This document shows positions 42,749-53,403 of a stretch of DNA of 60,213 nucleotides, in pieces. Made by a program: the position numbers and the translations under genes. The notes under the pieces were generated by a model, which did not search any database, had not been told where the DNA came from, and worked only from the letters and a program-made list of their open reading frames with translations. How positions within the stretch are numbered: position 1 is the first letter of the stretch; every line of letters begins with the position of its first letter. The stretch is from NCBI GenBank assembly GCA_963751275.1, contig CAVVTZ010000003.1, positions 1 through 60,213 of the forward strand, written 5' to 3'. The DNA is from an uncultured Gemmatimonadaceae bacterium. Its GTDB lineage: Bacteria; Gemmatimonadota; Gemmatimonadetes; Gemmatimonadales; Gemmatimonadaceae.

Positions 42749-43542
42749 CGGGCCGCCGTGCGCACGCGGCGCCGCGCGCGCGGAGGCGGCACCGCCCCCG
42801 CGAGCCATCGGCGCACGGCGCTCACATCGCGCAGCCGCCAGTGCGCCAGTGTCGGGCCGCCGCCCACTTTCACCGAGTGTCCGTGCAGATCGTTCACGAC
42901 GGCGAACGCGACCTCGTCGCTCACGTCGTCGCCGATGAACACCGGGACCCTGCCGGCGAACGGCGCCTCACGCATGAACTCCAGCACCGCCATCCCCTTG
43001 TGACGGCCCGCCGGCTTCAGTTCCACGACGCGCTTGCCGCTCTCGACACTGAACTCCGGTCCGATCTGCGCCTGCACACCGTGGAGTAGTCGGTGCGCAT
43101 AACCGGCGAGGCGCGGCGCGCGGCGGTAGTGGAGCGCGAGGGAGAGCCCCTTGTCCTCGAGGAGCAATCCGGGGTGGTGCGCCTCCGCCGCGGCGAGTCG
43201 CGCGCGCGCCGGCGCGAGCGCGCCGGACGGGAAGACCAGGCGAGAGATGTGGCCGGCCGCGTCGCGCCGCTCCGTGCCGTGCTGCCCCGCCACCGGCGGC
43301 CGGAAGCCGGTGAAGATCCGGTCGATCTCCGCGATCGAGCGGCCGCTGATGAGCGCGACCGCGCCGTCGCTTGATTTCGAGAGCCTTCGCAGGAGCGCGA
43401 GCAAGGCGCGCTCGACCCGGATCCCGCCGGGCGTCGCCGCGAGCTCGACCAGCGTGCCGTCGATGTCGAGGAAGAAGGCCCACGCCGTGCTCGGCGCGGG
43501 CAGCCGCTCGCGCGAGCGCCCGTTGCTGCGGGTCGGCGTCAC
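42745..43542 (-). CDS. otsB: Trehalose-6-phosphate phosphatase
   Basis: HAD motifs 'FFLDIDGTL', 'ISGRS', 'GQHG', 'HKG', 'FIGDDVSDE'. Confidence 0.92.
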   Translation of the reverse strand: MTPTRSNGRSRERLPAPSTAWAFFLDIDGTLVELAATPGGIRVERALLALLRRLSKSSDGAVALISGRSIAEIDRIFTGFRPPVAGQHGTERRDAAGHISRLVFPSGALAPARARLAAAEAHHPGLLLEDKGLSLALHYRRAPRLAGYAHRLLHGVQAQIGPEFSVESGKRVVELKPAGRHKGMAVLEFMREAPFAGRVPVFIGDDVSDEVAFAVVNDLHGHSVKVGGGPTLAHWRLRDVSAVRRWLAGAVPPPRARRRVRTAAR

Positions 43543-45801
43543 GCGCCGGCGCGCTCCACGAGCGCGACACCGTGCGCGCGTTCCAGCGGCGATCCCGCGC
43601 GCTCGAACAGACTGCTGCGCCGGCGCATCGTCGCCGCATCGATCAGCATCCGCCCGGCCCAGCGGTAGACGTTGAATTCCTCGATGAGCCCGCGCATGAG
43701 CCGCATGCGCTCGCGCTGCTCCGCCGGCGGCATGCGCAGCGCCGTGTGGAGCGCCAGCGCGCATTGGTCGGTGTCGTAGGGATTGACGATGAGCGCCTCG
43801 GGCAGTTCGCGCGCCGCGCCCGTGAATTGGCTGAGGATCAGCACGCCGCGCTCGTCGTCGCGCGCCGCGACGAACTCCTTCGCCACGAGATTCATGCCGT
43901 CGTGCAGGCTGCTCACGACACACACATCGGCCGCGCGATAGTACTCATACACGTCGCGCGGCTCGTGGTGCTCGCGCACCAGGATCACGGGGGGATAGGC
44001 GGCGCCGGCGAAGCGCCGGTTGATCCGCTCGGCCGTCGCGTCGACGCAGCTCCGCATAGTGCGCGTACTCGCCGATCCGCGTGCGCGTCGGCGCGGCGAT
44101 CTGGATGAACGTGAAGCGCCCCACCCACTCCGGATGCGTCTCGAGCAGACATTCGACCGCCCGGAGGCGCTCGTCGATCCCTTTCGTGTAGTCGAGACGG
44201 TCCACGCCCACGCCCACATAGTGATTCTCGGGCAGCCCGTGCCGGCGCCGGATCTCGCGGTGGCACTCGGCGACGCTCTTGCGCGACATCTCGGGCGACG
44301 GCGGCCATTCTACGGAGATCGGATAGCGCTTCACGGCCGATTGCAGCCCCCGGTAGGTCACGCTGAACACCTCGCGGTCCACCCGCGCCTCGAGCAGCCG
44401 GTCGACGGTGTCGACGAAGTTGTTGCAGTGGAATTGCGTGTGGAAGCCGAGAATGCTGCTGCCGAGCAGCCCGTCGAGCAGTTCGTCGCGCCAGGGGCAG
44501 ATGGCGAAGACCTCCGGGTTGGGCCAGGGAATGTGCCAGAAGGTGATGATCGTGGCGCCCGGGAGCATCTCGCGGATCATCCGCGGCGCGAGCGCGAAGT
44601 GGTAGTCCTGAACGAGCACGATCGGATTGGGCGCGTGCGATTCCTGCACCACGGCCTCGGCGAAGCGCCGGTTGATCGCGACGTACTGCTCCCAGTCGGC
44701 GGTGCGGAAGGTCGGGCGCACGTGGGCGATGTGGCAGAGCGGCCAGAGCCCCTCATTGGCGAAGCCGTAGTAGTAGCCCTGCTCCTCTTCGGGGGTCAGC
44801 CAGACGCGCCGCAGCTGGTACGCCGGATGCTCCGCCGGCACGCCGACGCGGTCATGCGCGTCCACGACCTCGCGGTCGGCGGAGCCGCTTCCGTGGGCGA
44901 TCCACGTGCCCGAGCACGCGCGCATCATGGGCTCCAGCGCGGTGACGAGTCCGCTCGCGGGCCGCCGCACCACGAGCTCCCCGTTCTCGCGCGAATGGAT
45001 GTACGGCTCGCGATTGGAGACCACGATGATCTCCTGGCCGCGGAGCACGCCGTGCAGGATCTCGCGCAGCGCGCCGGGGGTCCACGCGAGGCGGTCGTGG
45101 TCGCGCGATTGCTGCTCCGACTCGATGTCCTGGATGAGCGCGCGCAGGTCGCGCGCGATCGGGCGGAGTTCGGCGCGCTCGGCCTCGCCGCTCGGACGCA
45201 GGAGCCCCTCGCCCTGCAGCAGCGCACGCAGACCCTGGACCCAGCCGCGCCAGCTGATCTGCGCGATCACGACGGTGATCAGCGACACGGTGATGCCCAG
45301 CGCGACGAAGAAGTAGAAGAGATAGCGCCGCGTCTCCTCGCTCCGCCGCGCGACGAAGCTCATGTCGTGCACGAGCACGAGGCGGGCGTTGGGATAGCTG
45401 TCGGTGGGCAGCGGGCGCACCGAGATGAGCAGCGATCCGCTGCCCCGGGACAGCAGGTTCCCGCCCGGCCCGGCGATCGAATCGAGCGATCCGCAGTGGA
45501 TGTCGCGCGGCATCGTGACCGTCGCCGCCATCGCGCCGTCGCGGGCGGCGCACCAGCCCATCGCGTACAAGCGCTCGTCGTTCGTGATGCGGGTGAACAT
45601 ATCGACCATCCGCCGCCGATCGCCCGCGCGCACGACCTCCTGCGCCGATTCGTTCACCGTGTTCGCGATCAGGCTCGCGCGCTCCTCGAGATCGCGCACC
45701 GACCAGCGCATCATCAGCTTGTCCACCAGCGGCACCGCCGCGTAGGCGAACGCGGCGAGCGCGATGATCAGTGGCACGATGAACCGGAGCGACAGCCGCA
45801 T
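43539..45801 (-). CDS. otsA: Trehalose-6-phosphate synthase with N-terminal 2-TM sensor-like extension (frameshift near 44050)
   Basis: 'IVVSNREP', 'SGLVTAL', '[15 protein letters not shown]', 'VQDYH', 'FWHIPWP', '[10 protein letters not shown]', '[10 protein letters not shown]'. Confidence 0.92.
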
Positions 45802-45956
45802 CGGGACCTCGCATGATCGTCTGTCGCATTATAACGCGCACCGGCGCCGTGGCGAAGGCGTGCGCGCACATCTGGCGGAGCGGCGCCGCGCGCGGCACAT
45901 TCGCGCGGAGCGGACCACTCCGTCCCTTTTTCTCTTCGACACCCGAGGATTCACCG

Positions 45957-48900
45957 ATGCGCCGTCCCGATCGCCCGCTGACGTCCATGATGCGGCCCGC
46001 ACTCGCCGTGCTGCTTGGCGCGATCGTGCTCGCGCCCGGCGCGGCGCGCGCCCAGCAGATGCCGGCCGACGCGTACGCCGCGATGCAATGGCGGTTGATC
46101 GGCCCGTTCCGCGGCGGCCGCACGCTGGCGGTGACGGGCATTCCGGGGAATGCCACCACGTTCTACTTCGGCTCGGTGGACGGCGGCGTCTGGCGCACCG
46201 TGAACGCGGGGCTCACGTGGGAGCCGCTGTTCGACGGCCAACCGGTCGCGTCGATCGGCGCGATCGCCGTCGCGCCGTCGAATGCGCAGGTGATCTACGC
46301 GGGCACCGGCGAGAACGCGCTCCGCTCGGACATCACCTTCGGCACCGGGATGTACCGCTCCGCCGACGGCGGGGCGCACTGGACGCACATTGGCCTCGAC
46401 GACACGCGGCAGATCGGGAAGGTGCTCGTCAGTCCGACGGATGCGGACGTCGTGCTCGTGGCCGCGCTCGGCCACGCGTACGGGCCGAACGCGGAACGCG
46501 GGGTATTCCGCTCGACCGACGGCGGAGCGCATTGGACCAAGGTGTTGTTCAAGGACGAGGACACGGGCGCGATCGACCTCGCGCAGGACCCGACGAATCC
46601 GAACGTCGTCTACGCCGCCCTGTACAACGCGCGGCGCACGCCGTGGGCCCAATACCCGCCGAACGAAGGCCCGGGGAGCGGCATCTACAAGTCGACGGAC
46701 GGCGGCGCGACGTGGACCGCGATCACGGGACACGGATTGCCCGAGGGACCGCTCGGCCGCATCGGCCTCGCCGTGGCGCGCACCGCCGGCGGGTCCCGCG
46801 TGTACGCGCTGATCGGCGCGGCCAAGGGCGCGGGAATGTACCGCTCCGAAGATGCAGGGTCGAGTTGGCGTATGGCGGGTAGCGACGCGCGGATCACCAG
46901 CCGCAACTGGTATTTCGCACGCGTGGCGGTGGATCCGGCGAATGCCGACGTGCTGTACGTGCCGAACGTCTCATTGCTCAAGTCGGTGGACGGCGGGGCG
47001 ACGTGGCAGCCGGTGCGCGGCGGACCGGGCGGCGATGACTATCACGAGTTGTGGATCGATCCGCTCGATCCGCGGCGCATGGTGATGGGCAGCGACCAGG
47101 GAACGAATGTCACGGTGGATGGCGGCGCCACATGGAGCAGCTGGTACAATCAGCCCACCGCGCAGTTCTATCACGTGGCGGTGGACGACCGCTTCCCCTA
47201 TCGCGTGTACGGTGCGCAGCAGGACATCGGCGCGGTGGCGGTCGAGAGCCGCGGCGACTTCGGCGCGATCTCGTACCGCGACTGGGCGACGGTGGGCCCG
47301 GGCGAAAGTGGGTACGTCGTGCCCGATCCGCTCGATTCGAACATCGTCTACACCGGCAACACGTATGGCACGCTGCACCGCTTCGACTGGGTGACGGGGC
47401 AGTCGCAGGACATCGCGCCGCTCGTGCTGCCGACGTTCGGCGTGCCAATGCCGTTCAAGAAGTACCGGTTCACGTGGACGTCGCCGCTGGTGTTCGACCC
47501 GTTCGACAAGCACGTGCTGTACTTCGGCGCGCAGCAGCTGCTCGCGACGCGCGACGGCGGGCTGCATTGGACCGAGCTGAGTCCCGATCTCACGGGCGCC
47601 AGGGCCGGCGTCGACAAGAACGCCGCGCCGATGGTGGGCGCCGCGGCGGAGCAGGGATGGGGCGTGATCTACACCATCGCGCCGTCGCGCGCGAAGAAGG
47701 GCACGATCTGGGTGGGCACCGACGATGGATTCGTGCAGCTCACCACCGACGGCGGGAAGCACTGGAAGAACGTGACGCCAGCCGGTCTCCCGGCGTGGAG
47801 CAAGATCACGACGATCGAGGCGTCGCCGTTCGACGCGGCCACCGCGTACGCCGCGGTGGACCGCCACCGGCTGGACGATGTGAGCCCGTGGATATTCCGC
47901 ACGCGCGATGGCGGTGCGCACTGGACGCGCATCGAGAGCGGCATCGCGCCGAATGCGTACGCGCAGGTGGTGCGCGCCGATCCCGCGAAGCGCGGCCTGC
48001 TCTACGCCGGCACGGAACTCGGCGCTTACGTCTCCTTCGACGACGGCGATCACTGGCGCTCGCTGCAGCTGAATCTGCCGGTGGCCTCGGTGCGCGATCT
48101 CGTGGTGCACGACAACGATCTCATCGCGGCGACGCATGGCCGCTCGTTCTGGATCCTCGATGACGTGACGATCTTGCGGCAGCTGAACGATTCCGTGATG
48201 TCGCGGCCGGCGACGCTCTTCACGCCGGCGCGCGCCGTGCGCATCCGCCGCAGCGTGAGCGACAACACGCCGGTGCCGCCGGAAGAACCACACGGCTTCA
48301 ATCCGCCGGCCGGCGCGATCATCGATTATTGGCTGCGCGAGGCGCCGCAGTCGCCCGTGGTGATCGAGATCCTCGACGCGCGCGGCGCGATCGTGCGCCT
48401 GTTCTCGAGTGATGCCGAGCTTCCCAAGCCGAGCGCGCCACCGCAGATCGCACCCAATTGGCTCGAGCCGCGGCCGCAGCCGCCCGGCAAGCATGCGGGA
48501 CACAATCGCTTCGTGTGGGACCTGCGCTATCCGCCGCCGCCGGCGGAGATGTACGCGTACACGATGCAGGTGATGGCCGGCGAGGGCGCCGAAATGGAAC
48601 CAATGGGACCGCTGGTCGTTCCGGGTTCGTATCGCGTTCGCCTCATCGTGGGCAACGACAGTGTGACGCACACCTTCACGGTGACGAACGATCCGCGCGT
48701 GAAGGCGACGGCGGCCGCGTTGCGTTCGCAGACCGCGCTCGCGCTCGACATCTGGAACGCGGAAGCGACGCAATTCGCGCTCGAGGGCGCGGCGCACACG
48801 CTGATCGAGCGCCTGCGCACGATCCCGGCCGCGACGCTCGATTCCGGCGCGCGCGCCGCGATCACGAACCTGAAGGCGGCGGCCGACAGCATCGAGAACG

Positions 48901-49148
48901 GGATGGGCGACGATCTCGCGAATGTCCTCTCGGCCGTCGAGAGCGCCGATCGCGAGCCGACGCAGCAGGCGCGCGAGGCGGCCAAGCAGGCGACCACCAA
49001 GCTCCTGGCGCTCATGAAGCGCTGGAACACCATCGCCAGTACGGACCTTCCGAGACTGAATGCGGTGCTCCGTGCTCGCGAATTCGCCCCGGTCGAACTT
49101 CCGCCCCTGGATCACCGGGCACCGCCGCTGCGTCTGCCGCCCGCGTAG
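45957..49148 (+). CDS. VPS10/BNR-repeat beta-propeller (putative glycosyl hydrolase), secreted
   Basis: 'WRLIGPFRGGR', Asp-boxes, 'GGDDYHELWIDP', 'NQPTAQFYHV', 'ATHGRSFWILDD'. Confidence 0.92.
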   Translation: MRRPDRPLTSMMRPALAVLLGAIVLAPGAARAQQMPADAYAAMQWRLIGPFRGGRTLAVTGIPGNATTFYFGSVDGGVWRTVNAGLTWEPLFDGQPVASIGAIAVAPSNAQVIYAGTGENALRSDITFGTGMYRSADGGAHWTHIGLDDTRQIGKVLVSPTDADVVLVAALGHAYGPNAERGVFRSTDGGAHWTKVLFKDEDTGAIDLAQDPTNPNVVYAALYNARRTPWAQYPPNEGPGSGIYKSTDGGATWTAITGHGLPEGPLGRIGLAVARTAGGSRVYALIGAAKGAGMYRSEDAGSSWRMAGSDARITSRNWYFARVAVDPANADVLYVPNVSLLKSVDGGATWQPVRGGPGGDDYHELWIDPLDPRRMVMGSDQGTNVTVDGGATWSSWYNQPTAQFYHVAVDDRFPYRVYGAQQDIGAVAVESRGDFGAISYRDWATVGPGESGYVVPDPLDSNIVYTGNTYGTLHRFDWVTGQSQDIAPLVLPTFGVPMPFKKYRFTWTSPLVFDPFDKHVLYFGAQQLLATRDGGLHWTELSPDLTGARAGVDKNAAPMVGAAAEQGWGVIYTIAPSRAKKGTIWVGTDDGFVQLTTDGGKHWKNVTPAGLPAWSKITTIEASPFDAATAYAAVDRHRLDDVSPWIFRTRDGGAHWTRIESGIAPNAYAQVVRADPAKRGLLYAGTELGAYVSFDDGDHWRSLQLNLPVASVRDLVVHDNDLIAATHGRSFWILDDVTILRQLNDSVMSRPATLFTPARAVRIRRSVSDNTPVPPEEPHGFNPPAGAIIDYWLREAPQSPVVIEILDARGAIVRLFSSDAELPKPSAPPQIAPNWLEPRPQPPGKHAGHNRFVWDLRYPPPPAEMYAYTMQVMAGEGAEMEPMGPLVVPGSYRVRLIVGNDSVTHTFTVTNDPRVKATAAALRSQTALALDIWNAEATQFALEGAAHTLIERLRTIPAATLDSGARAAITNLKAAADSIENGMGDDLANVLSAVESADREPTQQAREAAKQATTKLLALMKRWNTIASTDLPRLNAVLRAREFAPVELPPLDHRAPPLRLPPA

Positions 49149-49253
49149 GGTTTTTCCCCCAGCCGCCGCGGGAGTTGCGCCGACAGAATTCCGGCGCGCA
49201 ACCGGCGATCCTCCGGACAGCCGCGATGGCGCGGCTCAGCTCCGGAGGCTCCC

Positions 49254-49685
49254 GTGTCGGCTCCCACTACGCACCGCCCGATCGTGGTCACGCACGAGCG
49301 CGGCGTGCAATTCGCGGCGCAGATCCGCTCGCATCGCATCCTCACCGACCAGCCCGTGCGCGGCGGCGGGAACGATGAAGGTCCGATGCCGCTCGAACTC
49401 CTCGGCGCCTCGCTCGGCACCTGCATCGCACTGTACGTGCAGAAGTATCTGGAGAGCCGCCAGCTGCCGTTCGAGGGAATGCGCGTGGAAGTCGAACAGC
49501 ACGGCGCCGCGAATCCGCACCGCGTGGGCGAGTTCGCCGTGCGCGTGGTGCTGCCGGTCGAGCTGCCGGAGCATCACGCCGCGATGATGGAGAAGGTCGC
49601 GCGCAGCTGCCCCGCGCACGCGACGCTGGAGCATGGCGCCGCGATGAACATCCGGATCGAGACCGAGGCGCCGGTCTCCGCCTAG
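49254..49685 (+). CDS. OsmC/Ohr-family protein
   Basis: 'DQPVRGGGNDEGPMPLELLGASLGTC...CPAHATL'; GGAGG RBS. Confidence 0.9.
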   Translation: MSAPTTHRPIVVTHERGVQFAAQIRSHRILTDQPVRGGGNDEGPMPLELLGASLGTCIALYVQKYLESRQLPFEGMRVEVEQHGAANPHRVGEFAVRVVLPVELPEHHAAMMEKVARSCPAHATLEHGAAMNIRIETEAPVSA

Positions 49686-49960
49686 CCGCCGCTGCTGCGG
49701 AGAAAACGCCGCGCCAGCTGCTCGGTACGCTCATCTTTCTCGCGGATCGCCGCCGCGAGAATGAGTTCTACGTGCGGCCGGAGCTTCACTTCGCCGAACC
49801 GGTACCCCGTCGCATTCTCCGCCGAACGCGAGTCTCCGACGTTCGCGCCTTGGATCAGCGCCCGCGCCGCCGCCGCGTCGAAATCGGGATGATCTCGCTT
49901 CGGCAGATCGTACTTCGGCTCCGGCTCCGCCGCATCCTCATTGACGAACGCTCGCGACAT
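49682..49960 (-). CDS. Hypothetical protein
   Basis: 92-aa ORF starting 'MSRAFVNED', converging on and overlapping the osmC stop. Confidence 0.6.
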   Translation of the reverse strand: MSRAFVNEDAAEPEPKYDLPKRDHPDFDAAAARALIQGANVGDSRSAENATGYRFGEVKLRPHVELILAAAIREKDERTEQLARRFLRSSGG

Positions 49961-50006
49961 GGACTGCCCAGCGTCTGGGTCAAGCGTCTAGTACTGCGGT
50001 TGCAGG

Positions 50007-50034
50007 CGACAGTCGACAGTCGACAGTCGACGTC
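50007..50034. repeat. Heptamer tandem repeat (CGACAGT)x3-4
   Basis: cgacagt cgacagt cgacagt cgacgtc directly after the aminotransferase stop. Confidence 0.75.
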
Positions 50035-50039
50035 TGCTG

Positions 50040-51348
50040 TTAGGCAATCCCGACTTTGATCGCCTTCGGTGACCGCATCCGTGAACGTGTCGATCTCCTG
50101 CGGCGTCGTATAGACGTTCGGCGTGATGCGGATGCCGCTGGAACTCGGGATGCACGATCGGCGTGTTCACGATGTGGTACTTGCTCCCAGAGCCAGTTGC
50201 CGAGCTTCACCGAGTCGAGCCCATCGACATTGAACAGGCAGATCGCGCCGCTCTTGTCGCCGGTGAGCGGCGTGAGCACGTTCACGCGCGGCGCTCTCGG
50301 CGAGGAGCGGCATGCGCCCAGCGATCGCGGAGGTAGCGGAGCCGCGCGATCTTGCGGTCGATGCCGATCCCGCGGCTGAACGCGAGCGCCGTGCTCACCG
50401 TGTTGAAGTTCGCCTGCGGGTGCGTGCCGATCTCCTCGTACTTCCGGATGTTCGCCTTGTTCGCCTCGACCGAACCCATGAGCGACCAGAGCTGCTGGAT
50501 CTTCTCCTGCCGCACGTAGAGGAATCCTGAGCCGATCGGCGCGAGCGTCCACTTGTGCAGCGACGTGCCGTAGTAGTCGCACTCGAGATCGTCGCGCTTG
50601 AACGGGAAGTGGTTGAACGCGTGCGCGCCGTCCACGATCACCTGGATGCCCAGCGGCCGCGCCATGCGCACGATCGTCGCGCACCGGCATGATCTGCCCG
50701 GTGAGGTTCGTGATGTGCGTGACCTCGATGATCTTCGTGCGCGGCGTGATCGCCTGCGCGGAACTGCTCCACCAGGTACTCATCGCTCGGCGGCGGCACC
50801 TTGAAGCGAGATCTGCTTGAGCACGATCCCCTCGCGGCGCACGCGCTGCTGCCAGTCGTGATCATTCGCGGCCGTAGTTCTGGTTCGTGACGATCGACCT
50901 CGTCGCCGCTTCTTGAGGTCGATGCCGAAGATCATGTTCTCGAGGGCCTCGCTCGCGTTGCGCACGACCGCCATCTCTTCGGGATCGCAGCCGAAGTCCT
51001 TCGCGAGGTCGCGCCGCGTGCCCTCCATGCGCGGCTCGAGCACGCGCCACATGTTCTCGACCGGCAGCTCGTTGATGAAGCGGATCTCGTCTCACCAACT
51101 GCGTCCACGACGTAGCGTCGGCGCCGGCGAGATCGCCACCGTTGTTGAGGTTGATCATCGTGCGATCGACGTCGAAGGCGCTCTGGATCAGACTCCAGTA
51201 CGTCTCGTCCTGCGCGACGTCGGCGGGCGCACGGTCGCCGGCGATGACGTTCGCCTTGAAGAGCTCGACCGAAGGCGTTCTTCTTCAATACGGGGGCGAC
51301 CGCGATGGCTCCGGTGAGGCCTTGGACGAATTCGCGCCGGGAAGTCAT
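50040..51348 (-). CDS. Class V PLP aminotransferase (isopenicillin-N-epimerase-like) with Tat signal; many frameshifts
   Basis: 'MTSRREFV', 'INLNNGG', 'RNASEAL', 'HITNLTGQI', 'VDGAHAF', 'GTSLHKW', 'YEEIGTH'. Confidence 0.88.
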
Positions 51349-51362
51349 GAGGGGTTCAGGGC

Positions 51363-51387
51363 TCGGGAGTCGGGAGTCGGGAATCGG
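51363..51387. repeat. Heptamer tandem repeat (TCGGGAG)x3
   Basis: tcgggag tcgggag tcgggaa tcgg just upstream of the aminotransferase start. Confidence 0.7.
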
Positions 51388-51511
51388 CCGGTGCACCGAA
51401 TATGCAGACAGTTCCGCGCCGCGCCAGTTCGCGGAAGCGCGGCAGGGCGCGCATACTCACTTCGGAGTGATGTGCAAGCGATCGGCAGGCGCGGCGTCCT
51501 CAAGGCGATGA

Positions 51512-53323
51512 GTGTATGCGATGATTGAAGCGATGCGGCACCGTGCGCTGACGGTACACGCGCTGAGCGTCGCCTTACTTTGCGGCGCCTCGGCCGCCAG
51601 GGCCCAGGCGGCTCACGATGGGTGCGCGCGGCTGTCGATTGCGATCGCGCGGTTCGTGCCGTCCTGCCCAGGGCCGGCGCCAGAGAGCACGGCGACCAAG
51701 CCCACCTTGAATTCAGCGCTTGAGTACCAGATTCTTGAGTTCCCGGCGCGCAGCGCGCCACCGGCGGTCTTCTTCCTCTGGTCGGCATCGTTCCGCGGCG
51801 TGCACGAGATGTACCCATTGGAGCGCATGGGCCTCTGGTACGGTGCACGGATCGGCTGGTTCACCAACGACGAGCCCTCGAACCCCTACGGGATCGTGCC
51901 CGACACGCTCGTGGCCCGCCAGTTCGCTCTTCGCGCGTCCGATTCAGCGCTCTTCTCCGAGGCGCTCGATCGCGAGCTTTCCGCCCAACCCGCGATCAGA
52001 ACCTACTGGCGGAAGCTCCTTGTGCGCGACCCCTCAACGCCGCTCGACGTGGTCCTTCGCACGGTGCAGCGCGACGCGCCCTCGCTCGCGGTCGCGACGC
52101 TCTCGAATCCGCGGCTGCGCGAGGACAGCATCTCGTTCGATTGGTGGTTACGATTCGCGCCGGTCCATCGCGAATTCTGGAATGCGGCGATCCTGGCGCC
52201 ATCCATCCGCGACAGCGCCGATCGGCTTGTGGCGATAGCGGATGTGCCGGCGGCCCGGTTCGACGGGAGGTTCCAAGCGGATGTGACCGCTCGAGTCAAC
52301 GCGCTTGCGCCCACGCTGGCGGCGATCGCGAAGCCGGCATCGGACGCGCTCGCCTTGTATCTCTACCGGTCCCACACCCCCGACCCGCATTGCGCCGCAA
52401 CGTCGGACCTTCCGCTCGTGCCGACGCCGCCGTACCGCGGCAACTTGATCCTCGCACTCGTCGCATCTCCTACGTTCCGGTGTTCGCGCATGCGCGCTGC
52501 CCAGGACAGCCTCGCGCGCAAACGAACCAACCGGAACGCCGTGTTGATTCGAGCAATCGCGGAGATCAGCGCGGGGCGGCTCGCGCCCAACCCGCTGTTG
52601 GGCTTGCTCGATAACTTTCAACAGGCCGGCGCCGGCAACTGGCCCGTGACCGATGCCGTGAGCACGCTCGATGAACGCTTCGCTCCTGAGCGCGTGGCGG
52701 CCACGCGATGGCTCGCGTCGGACTCACTGACGCCGGACTCGCTCCTTGCGCTCCTATTCCGAACTCTGCGAGTGCGAGCGAACTGGAGATTGGCGCAGGC
52801 GCTGGAAGAGAATGCACGGGTCATGAGGGACTCAACCTATCTGCTTGAACTTGCCGCGCTCGACCCGGTCGCCTATCGCCAAGTTCCGCAGATCGGCGGG
52901 TGGGCGCTGGCGCGGATGAGAGGGAAGCCGCCGCCATCGCGCGTGCCGCCCCCATCGCCGCCGCATCCGATGTCGCGACCCCAGCGCGATGTGGATCTGC
53001 ACCCGCCGCCCCCTCCGCCGCCGCCGCGGCGCCGTCAATGGCCCGGCCATTGCCTCGAACGCGACGCGTGGAGCGACAAGCTCGCCACCGCGAATGGCGA
53101 GGCGCCCGCGCTGGTCGCCGATGACTCGGTCTGTACCCGGTTGTCGGCCGCCCTGGACTCGGTCTTCATCATCCCGATCACCGCCGATTCCATCTACGCG
53201 TTCACGAGCGGCGCTCACTACCTGGCGGCGCTCGCGCCGCCGCGCGCCGGCATGGACGTCACGGTTGTGAAGTTCGACTCGACATTCGCCGAGATATCGC
53301 GGCGCAAGGTGCACATTCCGTAG
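51512..53323 (+). CDS. Hypothetical secreted protein, helical-repeat-like with Pro-rich linker
   Basis: 603-aa uninterrupted ORF with a signal-like N-terminus; start uncertain. Confidence 0.6.
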   Translation: MYAMIEAMRHRALTVHALSVALLCGASAARAQAAHDGCARLSIAIARFVPSCPGPAPESTATKPTLNSALEYQILEFPARSAPPAVFFLWSASFRGVHEMYPLERMGLWYGARIGWFTNDEPSNPYGIVPDTLVARQFALRASDSALFSEALDRELSAQPAIRTYWRKLLVRDPSTPLDVVLRTVQRDAPSLAVATLSNPRLREDSISFDWWLRFAPVHREFWNAAILAPSIRDSADRLVAIADVPAARFDGRFQADVTARVNALAPTLAAIAKPASDALALYLYRSHTPDPHCAATSDLPLVPTPPYRGNLILALVASPTFRCSRMRAAQDSLARKRTNRNAVLIRAIAEISAGRLAPNPLLGLLDNFQQAGAGNWPVTDAVSTLDERFAPERVAATRWLASDSLTPDSLLALLFRTLRVRANWRLAQALEENARVMRDSTYLLELAALDPVAYRQVPQIGGWALARMRGKPPPSRVPPPSPPHPMSRPQRDVDLHPPPPPPPPRRRQWPGHCLERDAWSDKLATANGEAPALVADDSVCTRLSAALDSVFIIPITADSIYAFTSGAHYLAALAPPRAGMDVTVVKFDSTFAEISRRKVHIP

Positions 53324-53403
53324 CGCTCCTCGGCATTGCTTGCGAGGATCGCGATTCCGTGGCATGGTACCGCCGCCGCTCACCTCGCCTGGGAGATGAA
53401 TCC

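Noticed and set aside
49988..50000. CTAGTAC as a third family A element end
   Set aside because: Only 7 bp match and no partner arm
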